A stretch of DNA of 64,000 nt, from contig JAQGDQ010000396.1 of NCBI GenBank assembly GCA_030141605.1, forward strand, positions 149,747 to 213,746, in the 5' to 3' direction. This DNA is from Tubiluchus corallicola (lineage: Eukaryota > Animalia > Priapulida). Below the pieces are notes generated by a model that did not search any database, had not been told where the DNA came from, and worked only from the letters and a program-made list of their open reading frames with translations. The translations under genes and the position numbers were made by a program. Of the stretch, positions 1 to 22,865 are shown piece by piece. How positions within the stretch are numbered: position 1 is the stretch's first letter; the number at the start of each line of letters is the position of its first letter.

Positions 1-61
1 TTATACGTGTGTACTACAATTTTTAACGTTTGATCAGAATGTTTTGTTTTTATTTTTGTAG

Positions 62-1988
62 ATTTCCATGTTGTGGTAAATGTTATCCATGCGACAAATG
101 TCACGACGAATCCGAGGACGGTCACGAAATGATATATGCAACTCGCATGATCTGTGGATTCTGTAGTAAAGAGCAGGTAATTTACACAGTTTTAAGTGGT
201 GGCTTTATATGATTTTTATGAACAATAAAATGACTAGTTATCCATTTTCTGCTTCTTTTGCAGTTTCTAGTTTTTATTGAATGTTGTTATTCATCTATTT
301 CCTAATTGCGATTAATTTTACAAGGGTTTAGTAATTGGAAAACCCTAATTTCTATCGTTGTGGCAATAAATTATGTTAATAACGTAATCAGGTCTACGAT
401 TTGTCATTTTCAGCAGGTGGAAACTGCTTGCAATAGTTCACACTCATTATTAATATATGTAAACATAAATTATATAGCCTTCATTACAAACTAGAAAAAT
501 TACTATAATTAATATCAAAGAAAGAAAATCAATCTAAGAAATATCAATTAAAATATCACATTACATTAGTTTCTATATTAAAATTTAAAGTCTATTAGTC
601 TAATGTTGATTGTTCATTATACACACTTGCTGCTTTCAACTTCAGGCATTCTCCAAGGACAAGCCTTGTATTGGTTGCAAATCAGCTGTCACTAAAGCTT
701 TTACTTCACACTGGGAGGGAGGGACTGGCTGCCGGAACAAGGTGAAAATGTCACGGTAAGAGCTGATTCTCAAAAACTATTACAATGAATCTCTTATTAA
801 TGATTATTAATTGAAATAGTAGCCAAGTGGTTGCAGTGTACACCTGGCAACTGAAGTTGAGCAATATTTATCTTAAAATCCTTACTTTGATAATGTCCCA
901 GGTTTTTATCTCACCTTAACCCATCTGCATTGAATAGTTTCTGCCCCTGTGTGCCTGATTCTGGCACGCAGTGTACCATATTGTATAAAAGGAACTCACG
1001 GCAAGAGACAACACGTAAACATGATTCACATGGTTTTCTTACTATTAATTATTCAGTCATACATTAATACTGGGTCACCTACTGTACCGTTAGCTAAATT
1101 TGTGAGGCCAAACTTGAATTATGTGGAAAGACAGTAGTGTGACCGTTTTGTCACTAGACAGTGTTTGTTGTATAGACTGGTTCTGGGAAAGGGTTGGTTA
1201 AGGTGTATGAACTTTTTTCAGTTTCATCAGAAGTGCCCTCTTTTTCTTGCCTAGTAAGTATTCCATGCTTAAGGTAAAGAACTGTACATGCAATTTGCCG
1301 GGCCTTCCACGTATAATGATATCAAGTTTTTGGCCAATTTGAAGGACCTACTTACCTAGCATTATAATGGGGTTATCATATGCCCCACCACCTACCTACA
1401 ACTTATATTGATATCGATATCACAGCCATGTAGCTTTTGTACATATTATTGTTCCACCTCCCAATGAGAGGCAATAGCATCACTTTGAGATAATTAACAG
1501 GAAACCATAAGCAGACGTTACACGTCGTCTGCTGCTGGCACATACCTGTGAAAAAAGCTTAAAGTCAGATAATGATATCATGATTAAATCACTTACCTAC
1601 CTTGCATTATAATGACATTATGACATATATGTGAATGGCCTCTACATGTGTATGATAGTATACTGTGTTTAACTTAAACGTGATGGCTCAGTATTAGTGG
1701 AATACTCATTTTAACAAAGTTAGAAACAGATTTCAGCTGTCCGTCCTTAAACCACAAATCACACGAATCAATTGGTATAAGATTATGTAGGCACTCATCT
1801 TTTGCATATTTTTATAGCAACCTGTACTGTTTTAGTAACTTATAGAAAACAAATTATATCTGTTTCCTACTTTAGTAAAATCATACTTGTTTTTTAGAAG
1901 TGACACTCAGAAATATGCTAGCTTGAATAAGACGACGAGTCGCAAGCAGCAGGAACTGAAGAAGAAACCAGCGACAAAGAAAGCATAA
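62..1988 (+). CDS. 3' part of a CHY zinc-finger protein gene (last 3 coding exons; the gene starts upstream of the window)
   Basis: Exons 62-176, 646-755 and 1898-1988 have AG/GT boundaries with consistent phases. They join to RFPCCGKCYPCDKCHDESEDGHEMIYATRMICGFCSKEQ-AFSKDKPCIGCKSAVTKAFTSHWEGGTGCRNKVKMSR-SDTQKYASLNK...KKA*. The FPCC..YPC..CHD...H....R.ICG.C pattern is the CHY finger. AATAAA at 2814-2819. Confidence 0.88.
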
Positions 1989-4571
1989 GTGCTATGGCCC
2001 AAAGTTTGCTGATAATTGCTGGCATGACAAGACATTTGACAGTTTGATTTCAATGGCAGATTTGCATTACGTCTGCGAAATACTGAACAGTTCCAAATGT
2101 GAAACGGTGGACAATCTGCCCCTGTCTATCATTGAATGCTTTGGTTTTCAAGAATTGCTTCATTATAGTAACTGTCAATGCTGTTTTGCCATCTTAATTT
2201 GGCGGGAAATCTTCAAAAATCGTTTTCGGTTAACTAGCTGGGCTTTTGTATTGGGAATTTGTTCTGGCTGTAAGTTATACATACTTACTGTCAAATCCTT
2301 ACAAAGTTACGTTTTGCAATTTATCGAAAATATTATATTGCTTTTTGTAGGCTGTGTAAAGAAATGATTACATTAACTTTGTCAAAATCTTAAATTTTCG
2401 TTAATTTTTCGGAATCGCAGATTGCTGAACAAAAAATGAAAACTGTTTAATCAGTAAAACTTAGTCAGTAATGTTTTGGGTTTGGTACATCATGGCATCT
2501 GTACGTAATAATGGCTTTCTAATATTTTTGTTGAAGTAGGCAGTTGTACTGTAGTTCAGACTGTTCTGTTAGATAAGTGAGATCCCTCTGCTTTATTGAT
2601 TTTTTAATGTGTTGGTTAATTAAATAAGACGGCTTGACTATATTTCACCTCTTGCCAGGACACAAGGAATTGCAGGCATTTAATGAAGAGGGATCATTGT
2701 TGCAAGTAATATTGAATGTTGGTAAAATTGTGCTTAATAATGTGTTGTTGTTATAGTTATGTGCATAATTAGGTTTATTTTTGTAAGAAATGCCCACAAA
2801 GATGTTTTGTTAGAATAAAAGTATTTACAACATGCTGTTTTCTAATTTTTATTTGCACACAGTAAGATAGCTATGCCACAGTCTTGAAAGTTTTATTCAG
2901 AAACGTGGACTTGGAAGTAGGAGTTACCTACAGTATTATGTAGCAGATGTGCAGGTGGGTCATTTACATGATCAAGGGATGGAATGCTTAGTAAACGTTT
3001 ACTCTGACGTTAATGATATACAGTGAAGTTTTAAGAAAGCATGCTCGTTTGAATGCCGCTTAATTACCTCAACAGTTCTTTTTGTAACTGCTCGTCAAAT
3101 TTAAGTTTTCTAGCATGTCCAATGTGGCATCGAAATAGATGGTAAGTGTAAGCAGGAGAAGATTTTGCTCTCTCGAGTGTTTTCCCATGTGAACATTGCC
3201 AATGCCTTGATGATTTGTTTCCTTAATTCTGACATCAGTAGTGAATCATTCTACTTTCTTTCATTGCGCTAATGTTTTATCGAAACATCACCCCAACCAT
3301 AATTCCACTATCAGGGTAGGCTTACTTGCTTCGGCTTCTGACTCCTCTGCATCCCAAGTAATGATATTGCTGTATTCTTGTTTAGTGACCTTGTTATGCA
3401 TATTGTTGATATGGGTGGAGTAAACTACTATAACTATAGATATTTACATATAATGTCATGATTTGGTGCGTTTTTTCTTTTTGGTTATGTTTGTAAATAC
3501 CAAAAATTGTCTTGTTAATATTAACAAGCCCTATCATATTGTAAAGGCGGCGAAACGCCATTTATTTTAGCCCCTACCCCTATAGTGTGATGGTTCGATC
3601 CCTTACGAAGCCATTGCATATCAGCTTTGCATACCAGGTGTAAAACTGCCGGTTGAACGTAAACGGTTAAGAGTTTTTACCATTACAGCACCTATTCCAT
3701 AGACAATCAATATGAGGTACGCAGGAGAAATTTACTGGCGATTTATTTTTACAATTCTGTATCTGTCTTTATAAAGTTTTTCATCCTCCTGGCATTTTTT
3801 TGAACCAGACCACTTGGCACCCGAAATACGAGGGAGCAAACTGACTAGACGAGCGACTAATGTCACACTCACGCAAAGCCTACTGTTACAAATGCTATGC
3901 TTTGAAAAAGCAATGCGATCGCAGTAAAAAACACTATTTTTGATTATGTAGGATTCTTTTGATTGCTTACAAGTGAAATAAGCACAACTTTATAGTGAAG
4001 TTCAAAACAGTTGAACCTTACAGTAGATTTTTATTACAATTTAACCGTGCATTATTGCAGTAATTTCCCTTGGTGAACAGTTGTGAAATCAATGCTTGTA
4101 ATTACGTACCAGCTGTGTTATGTCATTAATCAACTGCATAATAATTGCTACTTACTTTGTGGAAATGGATTTATCCGGGCGCCTGACGATGACAGAGGTT
4201 TTACCTAATTACACATGCAATTATAGGAGAGAACACCTAATGCTCTTGCAGAATGTTTTGTGTTTTAGTAAGTTGGTGTGTACTGTGTAGGTGCAGTAGC
4301 TAAGAGCTGTTCAAGCAAATGTTGCTGTTTGTTTTCAATGTAGTTTTATACTGAGAGTATTGCAAATTTAACCGATTTAGTAGTTTTTGGTGAACCGTTT
4401 CTCAGATTTTGATTCAACAACTAGCCGAAATTTTCCGGAAAGAGTTGCTTATACATATACTCGGTTCAGGTCTGACCAAGAATATTAAAATTTATAGATG
4501 CCGTGAGTTATTAATCCATTGTTAAGAAACGGCAGATGGTGTAAATATTAAGCAAGATTTTTGTGAAAGAA

Positions 4572-5870
4572 ATGTCACAGAAATTTGGCCCTAGAAAAAA
4601 CAGATTTCCTTTTCTTCGCCAGGAAGGAAAGTCGCTATCTCTTGATGACAGCATTTCCAAAATGTCTCTTTCGTCACCAAGTCCATCGATAAGTCCGTGC
4701 ACGTCCGGTTCGCGAAAGCCAGATGCAAGACGTCAGGGGTGCCAATTGAGCTATTCGGAAGCAGCTGATTTCCTTGTAAAGAATAAGAAATCGTTGGAGC
4801 TCTTGTTGGATGTCATGCATTGGTACCCTCATCTCTTGGACCAGGAGTCGATATCTGTCAAAAATAAGTGTCCCAAGTATTGTTTGGATTGCGTATGCTC
4901 TCGCCGTACGCATAGAAGATTGGACCGCTTACAAAAACAGCACAAGGTTGTACAAGAATCTGTGAAAATGGTAGTTGCTGATCTGGACAAAAGCAACAAA
5001 CTAGTTTATCTTTGTTTTAATATGTCGGACAATAGTAGTGCAGCTTCAACTCTCATTACCAACTTGTCTTGTTTATTGGCAACTTCTTGTTTGTTACGTA
5101 CAAATCCTTGGAGCAAAGTGGCCAGGTCCGATCCAGGTTTTGTGCAACTCCTTCAGTCAGAGCTGGATACATTACAGATGTCTGACTGCTTTGTATTTCT
5201 TCTAAATGAGGAGTTTCTGAAAAACGATTTTTGCTGTGCTCTGCTGCAGTTAGCTGCGATGATGGAGAAATCACTTTCAATGGTACGGGAAAAGAAGTTT
5301 TTGCTACCAGAAGCTCGTACGTTTCCTTTTATTGCAGAAGTGACAGAATGTCTGAATGAGATCCAGTCGTTTGGTAGGAGATGTAAAGACAACCACAGTG
5401 TTTTTCTGCACAAGCAGACAGCACTGAATGACCTTCACGAGGTTCTGCAACAGTGTTACAAGGATGCCATCATTTTTGATGACTTCGTCCAGGAGGACGA
5501 CATTGTTGGTTCTGTTTTTAAGGTCCTTTGCAACGAGTTGAAATTAAGTGGTTCTGTAGTTGACAGTTATCGTGTCCGCAATGAGAAACATGTAGCCACG
5601 TCCACGAGCACCGCAAGAGAATCTGAAGAGGCAGAAACATCAAGTGTTTTAAGCATTACACCTAGAGAGACAAATTACCTAATTTTTCACCCCAGAGATC
5701 ACGCAGCAAGTGAGAAACTGTTTGTGGTGGCGTGGCCCACAGCAGAGCAAGAGGACAGAAAAAAGTCCGAGGTGACTGAAACGGAACTGTCATCACCCAC
5801 TGATTTGGGTAAAACACTTTTTCCGGTTGATGACCCCAGTAGCCACAGCGACAGCGAATATGATTTTTGA
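4572..5870 (+). CDS. Intronless ~432-aa uncharacterised protein with a probable degenerate TIR-like domain
   Basis: A 1.3-kb stop-free ORF in AT-rich DNA (ATG 4572, TGA 5868-5870), with AATAAA at 6100-6105. The central region LVYLCF...SELDTLQMSDCFVFLLNEEFLKNDFCCALLQLAAMMEKSLSMVRE follows the TIR betaA / betaC-alphaC-betaD pattern. The domain call is by eye. Confidence 0.75.
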   Translation: MSQKFGPRKNRFPFLRQEGKSLSLDDSISKMSLSSPSPSISPCTSGSRKPDARRQGCQLSYSEAADFLVKNKKSLELLLDVMHWYPHLLDQESISVKNKCPKYCLDCVCSRRTHRRLDRLQKQHKVVQESVKMVVADLDKSNKLVYLCFNMSDNSSAASTLITNLSCLLATSCLLRTNPWSKVARSDPGFVQLLQSELDTLQMSDCFVFLLNEEFLKNDFCCALLQLAAMMEKSLSMVREKKFLLPEARTFPFIAEVTECLNEIQSFGRRCKDNHSVFLHKQTALNDLHEVLQQCYKDAIIFDDFVQEDDIVGSVFKVLCNELKLSGSVVDSYRVRNEKHVATSTSTARESEEAETSSVLSITPRETNYLIFHPRDHAASEKLFVVAWPTAEQEDRKKSEVTETELSSPTDLGKTLFPVDDPSSHSDSEYDF

Positions 5871-7845
5871 GTGAATTTTTATTAGCAGCTGTACTTAACG
5901 TAGTCAAGAATCTGATGTCATATTGATGTCACACTGACCGCATGCATGATCTCATAATGATATCAAAATCATGAACTCAAACTGAGCTAAATTTGTAACC
6001 ACGTTTTTACTGTGACGATAGTGGCAATTCATGTTGTTAATATTCCTATGAATGTGCACAGCAATTCTGTACGTGCACAGAAGTTTTGCTAGTAGGAAAA
6101 ATAAACTTTTTATAATTGTGGGTGTCATATATCTCTTGATTGAATGCACTAATAATGCAGTTTGAGAGTCTGCACAGCTAGCAGATCAAACCAAAAGAAA
6201 TATTGATTTGACATATAAAATTATATTTATCATGTTTAGCATGTTGTCTTCACAATATTATGCTATGTCACTGTTCTTACTTTCTGCATGATCTGTAGAC
6301 AACACACTATTTGCAACGCAAACCACACAAAAGAAAGTTAACACTTTTTAAAGTTGCAATGTCACAGTGAAGTTGTTGGTCACATGGTTGAGATACATAG
6401 AAGTTGAGCGTCTGATCTCAAGGGATTACTCTTGATACTGGTCCAGGTGCCAGTATTGCCACAACTATTATCTTTAAGTAACCTTGCGTAGTAAGGCTTT
6501 GTTTTTAATGCTAAAGACCAGGCCAGAATGTTAAAAGCAAATGCGCAACTTCAGGCCGACCTATTACTCTGCAGGGGTTTTATTTTAAATAATTTAAAAT
6601 AATTAATATTATTTTTATTTAACTAACTACAGTGTAGATAGATAAACAGTTACACAACACTCTTTGTAGATTTTACGTGGTTTCATCTCATTCTATTTTT
6701 AAAATAAAAGATTTTGTTTATCTGCACGTGAATTTTTTTACTCTTTTTTTGGACATCTTCTCCTCTGAGCAGAGAGGGAATCTGAGGAGCCAAGATTTCT
6801 ATTTGTTTAACACTTGGTAGAAAATTGTGGCACTACAATGAGCTTTTGAATTGCAAAGACGCGAATCTATATAATAGTTTTTGTTTTAGTTTCCTACCAA
6901 TGGATCTAGGCTGAATCAAGTGATATGAGTCCAATAAATTACAGGAAGCTAAATACAAATATTATTATAATAGGATTCGCAAGTTATAAAGGAGGTATAA
7001 TAATAGAATTTGGAAAACCAAATTAAAATAATTAAAGCACTTGTTGTGTTTAAACAGTAATTGTTTAAATTTGACAATTTTGTAAATACTTTTTAGTAAA
7101 TAGTATTCACAAACTGATAAGTTGTTGTAAACGCTATAAGTTAAGAAATCAAACGATAGGTAAATTTTTTATACAATCCGGCACAATGCAAGTGATTCTT
7201 AAATATAATAAGAATACGAATTTGAACATGCTGTGTTAATTTTTCTAAGATTTGGCAACAATAAAGAATTTTATGTTTCCATAAAATCATGTTTTCCTAA
7301 TAAATGCCGTTTTCTGAGGGGTGGTCCGATAATTTTCCAAATGACTGTAAGGTTAAACACGGCAAACAATCCAGTATACAAGCGGTGTCAAGAAATCATA
7401 AGATAAACGAGAGTTTTTTTAAAATTTTAATAATATTTCTTATTTAATCTATTTTTCTTTTTTTATTATTGTTTCAGAAATATAGCATCCGTTTCGGTTT
7501 AGTTTTCAGAAAAAATAAACACATATGACACCATACAGTCTCTGAAAAACCCCATGCGGTTCGGTGCTCGTACCCCCCGTCTGATTACTGGCCGCCATAG
7601 CTGCCATATTGGCGGCAACCACAGATGTTAAAATAAATGCTCTCTTTTTCATGGTTTGCAGGTACGTATTTATTTTCCCTTTTCGGTTTTTTCGAAATAC
7701 AGTATTACGTCACACAGGCATGATAACCCATTGTTGATTAGGGATATCTCTGCAATTTCTCATAACTACTTTGTCATCCTTTGCTTCCATGCATTTTTCA
7801 ATTCGCGCGTTCCGAATTAGCCAATTGTCCTAAAAATAAAACCAT

Positions 7846-8088
7846 AAGCCCGAATTATCAGGTGGTAAGAATATTCGTAAGAACGATGTTACGCAAAAAG
7901 TGCCAAAAACTTACGGAGTTCGTAAGACTTTGCTTAAGTAGTATTTATCAGCACTTAATGAAAGCGTTTTACCACACGCAAGAGTTTTAGTTAAGTTAAG
8001 AACATTCCTAAATTCCTTAATTCTGCGAGCTTTTATACAAGCGATTTTACGAAAAAAGTGTTCGTGAGGTTGCTGATAAATCGGACCC
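7846..8088. mobile_element. Small MITE, possibly PIF/Harbinger-like
   Basis: Imperfect terminal inverted repeats AAGCCCGAATTATCAG and CTGATAAATCGGACCC, with internal CTTACG/CGTAAG motifs. Confidence 0.4.
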
Positions 8089-8237
8089 ATTCTCCCACCT
8101 CAGTTCTTACTGAATAGTGGATTTACGAAACAGACTGGGCCTGATACAGGTATCTCGGCGGTGTAAGTGCTGAGTGCACAGTGCTAATAAAAGAATAATG
8201 GGCATCACAACTAATATTACACACGATTCGAAAAAAA

Positions 8238-9130
8238 AATTGACGTCAAACAAAATGTCAATCATTCTCAGTCAAGCTCTGCTGACTGTCCAATCAGTGT
8301 GCGTATTTTTCACACGCCCACAGAACCGGTTCATTACCTGGTCTTTCGGGACAAGAGCTCTAACTATGTATTGTCGGTATATGTTGTATTCTTATGAAAA
8401 ATGCTCAACTTCTCATAATTTGCGGGAGAGAAATCAGTCTTGGAAATACATAGTATACTTTCGTTTTTATAGGAAGAAATGCGCAGCGCTTGCGTCTATG
8501 AGTTACTGACTTTGCTATTAATAAAATACGCAGTTAAGTTTAATGTACGACCTTGCAAGCTAGATAAAGACAAGTATTAACTTTAAAAAATACAAATTAA
8601 CTTAACGAGGTTAATTAGACCGATCATATGACGCTGCTTTAATGATCGCAAATGTAAAATGGCCTACTTGAACAGAGGTGAGAATGAAATTTATAACTTT
8701 ATATTGAAGCCCGAGTTGGCAGGTATAAATGATTCAAGATTCATGTAAAAATTACAGCATGAGCACTTCTAAAGTTGTAGGAATGGCCAGTTAGCAATAG
8801 TTGAAGCCCAGCGGTTACTTTATTATACTTATGTCTCTACATTTTGTAGTGCTTTGAAACTTCGTTTCTACATTCTGTTTAAATTGAAAAGTCATTTTTT
8901 GGCTACTTGAAGTGTTAATTTGGTGTAAAAATAGCTGCTGCTCTGCAAATTTATGTTTATGGAAAAGTGCAATCAGTTTATCTGCTTATTAGACATTAAT
9001 TGTGACTGTCATGTTGTTTAATTTAGTTTAGACAGTTGTTGTCCAGCGTGTGCTGTTGTCCCGAATGTCACTGAGTGTGCTGACGTTACAGCGGAGGCGG
9101 AGCGATAGACCAGTATGTTTGACGTCAATT
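8238..9130. mobile_element. Non-autonomous DNA element (MITE), copy 1
   Basis: Perfect 15-bp inverted ends AATTGACGTCAAACA / TGTTTGACGTCAATT. The internal sequence is clearly homologous to 48012-49125. Confidence 0.75.
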
Positions 9131-9899
9131 GACTAAGTTACAATTAGCAAAAATTGTAGTAACTGAGTGTATTCTAAAACTGGCCCTGCGTGATATGTAA
9201 GTGAGTCCGAGGAGCACCATATCAACGTCAGTTAGGAGGCTTCTTCACAATTATCTACCTAAACAGTAAACATCTGTAAAGTCTTACAGGAAGTTTCCTA
9301 CTAACTGTCTTGCTAGTTTTTGCTGATAGCAGACTGGCATTTTTTGCTTCAGTTATTGTCAAGAATTTCAGGAATGCCGATTGCAAATAATATTAATGAG
9401 CTAAAAACTCGTTTTTTATATTTTTTTAAACTTAAAATGCCTAAATGTAATTGTAGGCGCAGTTGCCAATTAGCAGGAACCATAGGGTAATCTTGCATTC
9501 ATCATAATGTTGGACTGCGCTAGAAGCTAAAAATTCCGGGAGGTGTTGAAAGTCGGTTGCACAAGTTTCCAAGTTTCCAGATTTCAGGTAACGTGAGAGT
9601 AAAATTTCGTAAAATTAAACAGGAATGGCTAGTACACATATAGTTGTCGCAAAAGTTAACAAAATATCTAAAAACAACAAAATTATAATGTGTGTACAGT
9701 GTGTACACGCCTTGGCAATGTGCTGTTAGTGATCAACTCACTAATAATGAATGAAAGACTGAAGCTTGCAAACGACGTAGTCTGGTAATCAGGTCTATTT
9801 TTCATACAAATTTAGACTTAACAATTAAATAAAAAGTTGTATGGTTAGGGCAATACGCTATATTACACTAAATTCTCTGAATTGTATGTGTTGACTTAC

Positions 9900-20558
<10,659 letters not shown>

Positions 20559-21681
20559 TTTCCAAAATTATGTCTCTGTTTTTTATCACAATTTCAGCAA
20601 ATTGTTTATAAGCATCAACTCTTTGATAGACAGCTCAGTTTATTTTCATTATTAAATCCACTATGTAACGATCTCTGCATTTTAGAATCTGCAGATTTTT
20701 ACGAATTTCAGTTTTACCCTTTCAAAACTGACTGTTCATCATTACCACAACCTAATATATTGTGTAGAGCTAAATACTAGCAGTGTCAGCGATTTTCTCA
20801 ATATAATGATCATTGTTGTGGAAGAAGAACAGGAGTTGGGTAACAGATGATTACATATTGTTAATAAGATTAATATTGTTACGTATACCATAAATTATGT
20901 ATACATCTACTTTAAACAGAATTAAGGATGGTAACTGCATGTTGTGACAGCTGCTACACGTGTATATAATTGACCATATAGGCACGTGTATTTGGTTGCT
21001 GTACTATATGTTGTAAAATCATTTTATGCCAGTAGACTTTAAATATAAGAAGTCTCTATCTTATCGTTAAGATTTATTGGAACTATCTTACTATAAAAAT
21101 TACCAAACATTGTTTCTCATTTTCTTGTCCTGTCTCAACTTAGCCTGTCGATCTGGTGTACACTTGCGTGATCCTATACACTAATTTATTGATCGCCTGC
21201 TTGCTGCAGCCCAAGCGGTGCAGTGTTCCGCTGCTATTCCAGGACAAATCGAACAAATTAAGGCCGTTCATCTTATAACAGGAATTTTTCCTCAAAAATA
21301 GAGTAAACTTGAGGTCAAAATGTATCAGAGTGATGTGTCTGGATACTTTGAAATACTCTGCATTAGCCGATTCCATAATGTGACCCACATATAGATACTG
21401 TACATTGCTACTGTGCAAGCACTGCTGAAAAGCCTTTTTCATTTTAATTGTCAAAAATCGATTTTTAATTTGTCTGAAGTAAGCAAATGCATTTCATACA
21501 TAATTTTGCATGAAAGTCCATTGTGTGAGAAGTAGAAACCTACAAAAATTATCAAATATAACGTAATCGCTGCTCAGTTAGAGCAGTTTTGATGAACCCA
21601 TCTAAAATGCAGCAAACACTGACCTGAAGGAGTTAAATCTGTTAAATTATTTATATAAAGGTTATCATTATTACTTACTAA

Positions 21682-21695
21682 TTCTTCTTCTTCTT

Positions 21696-21758
<63 letters not shown>
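21682..21758. repeat. (TTC)n(TTA)n microsatellite
   Basis: Seen directly. Confidence 0.95.
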
Positions 21759-22489
21759 GTCAGACAAGCTAAAATTACTCCAAAAAAAGGCTCAGAGCAC
21801 AAAAAAGCTAGGAATTACTCCAGGAAATGCCCAAAGCAAAAAAATCAATTTCGCGAGAACTACGCACATTAATTTTTCTTAAAGAATTTATAATTGCGCA
21901 AGCATTTTAGTTGCTTTCCTAACTTCTTTGAATTTAAGAGTATGCTATTTTACACTATCGTTATTATAATTGTATTTATGTTGGAACTATGCGTGACAGT
22001 ACATAATCGTCGGCGATAGATAATGATTTCAAGTGCATTAATTTCGTTGTTTTCTGCATTTTGTATACGGCTATACAATTTGTGTATACGCTTTGCAAGT
22101 AAAACAGAGAATGATATGTTGTCAGAGACACATTGACTCTGATGTTGATAGAGATACAGTAATTTTGTGTCCTGTTTCTAACGTGTGCAAGAATTTTCAC
22201 AGAGATTTTATATAAAATAAGTAGATTGAAACATTAATGTATAATGTTTAACAGGGCGTAAGTGTCTAATTTTGTCAATGAAAGCAAAGTAAACCTCATT
22301 GGCGACAAGTAAATTTTGTTAAGCAGTACTCAGTGAAATGGAAAAAAGTACGGCTCCATGGCAGTGTCGCGCTAAATATCGCTGCTACTATTACAAGCTG
22401 TTATGACTTATGAATACAGATAATACAGTAATAACAGAATTGTGCCGTAATAAATTTAATACACTTTACACAAAAAAGTGCGCCAACAC

Positions 22490-22865
22490 CTGAGTTGCTG
22501 ATAGCTGCGACGTCATCATTGTATTGGTCGTTCAAACAATTTGGAGTTTATCATACGGTGCCTTTTTTGTTTAAATTTGTTAGTTTCATCAAAGTGTGGG
22601 AACGGAATGACGGAATTTGTTACGTATATCGTTTTTGCAATTAGCGGCTAGGCTAGCGGCATCAAACGTCGAAGGATAAAAACTTTTGAGGGGAGCGTTG
22701 ACTGTAATTATAATACACCGATAGAGGCGTACGCGCTATTTTGATAAACCAAAATCACTTATGCGTTTTTAATGAAAGAAGAATATCGCAAATAAAAGCA
22801 GTTATTAGTTTAAAAAACTAAAACACTTCATGAAAACGAAAAACAGTAAGCTTGTAGCAGTAAGT
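22490..22865 (+). promoter_or_regulatory. Candidate promoter and non-coding first exon of the plus-strand GALNT7 gene
   Basis: Locally CpG-richer patch with GACGTCA (CRE-like) and ATTGG (reverse CCAAT) at ~22509-22527, and a donor-like CA|GTAAGT at 22860. An acceptor (TTTTCCAG, 27401-27408) lies just before the ATG at 27415. Confidence 0.35.

Noticed and set aside
3575-3625. tRNA gene (GGTTCGATCCC B-box)
   Set aside because: No cloverleaf can be built; at most a SINE fragment.
4511-5907. Several minus-strand ORFs overlapping the TIR-like ORF
   Set aside because: Antisense shadows of a coding region.
21140-21454. 104-aa ORF between the two GALNT genes
   Set aside because: Non-ATG start, no recognisable motif and no convincing splice partners.
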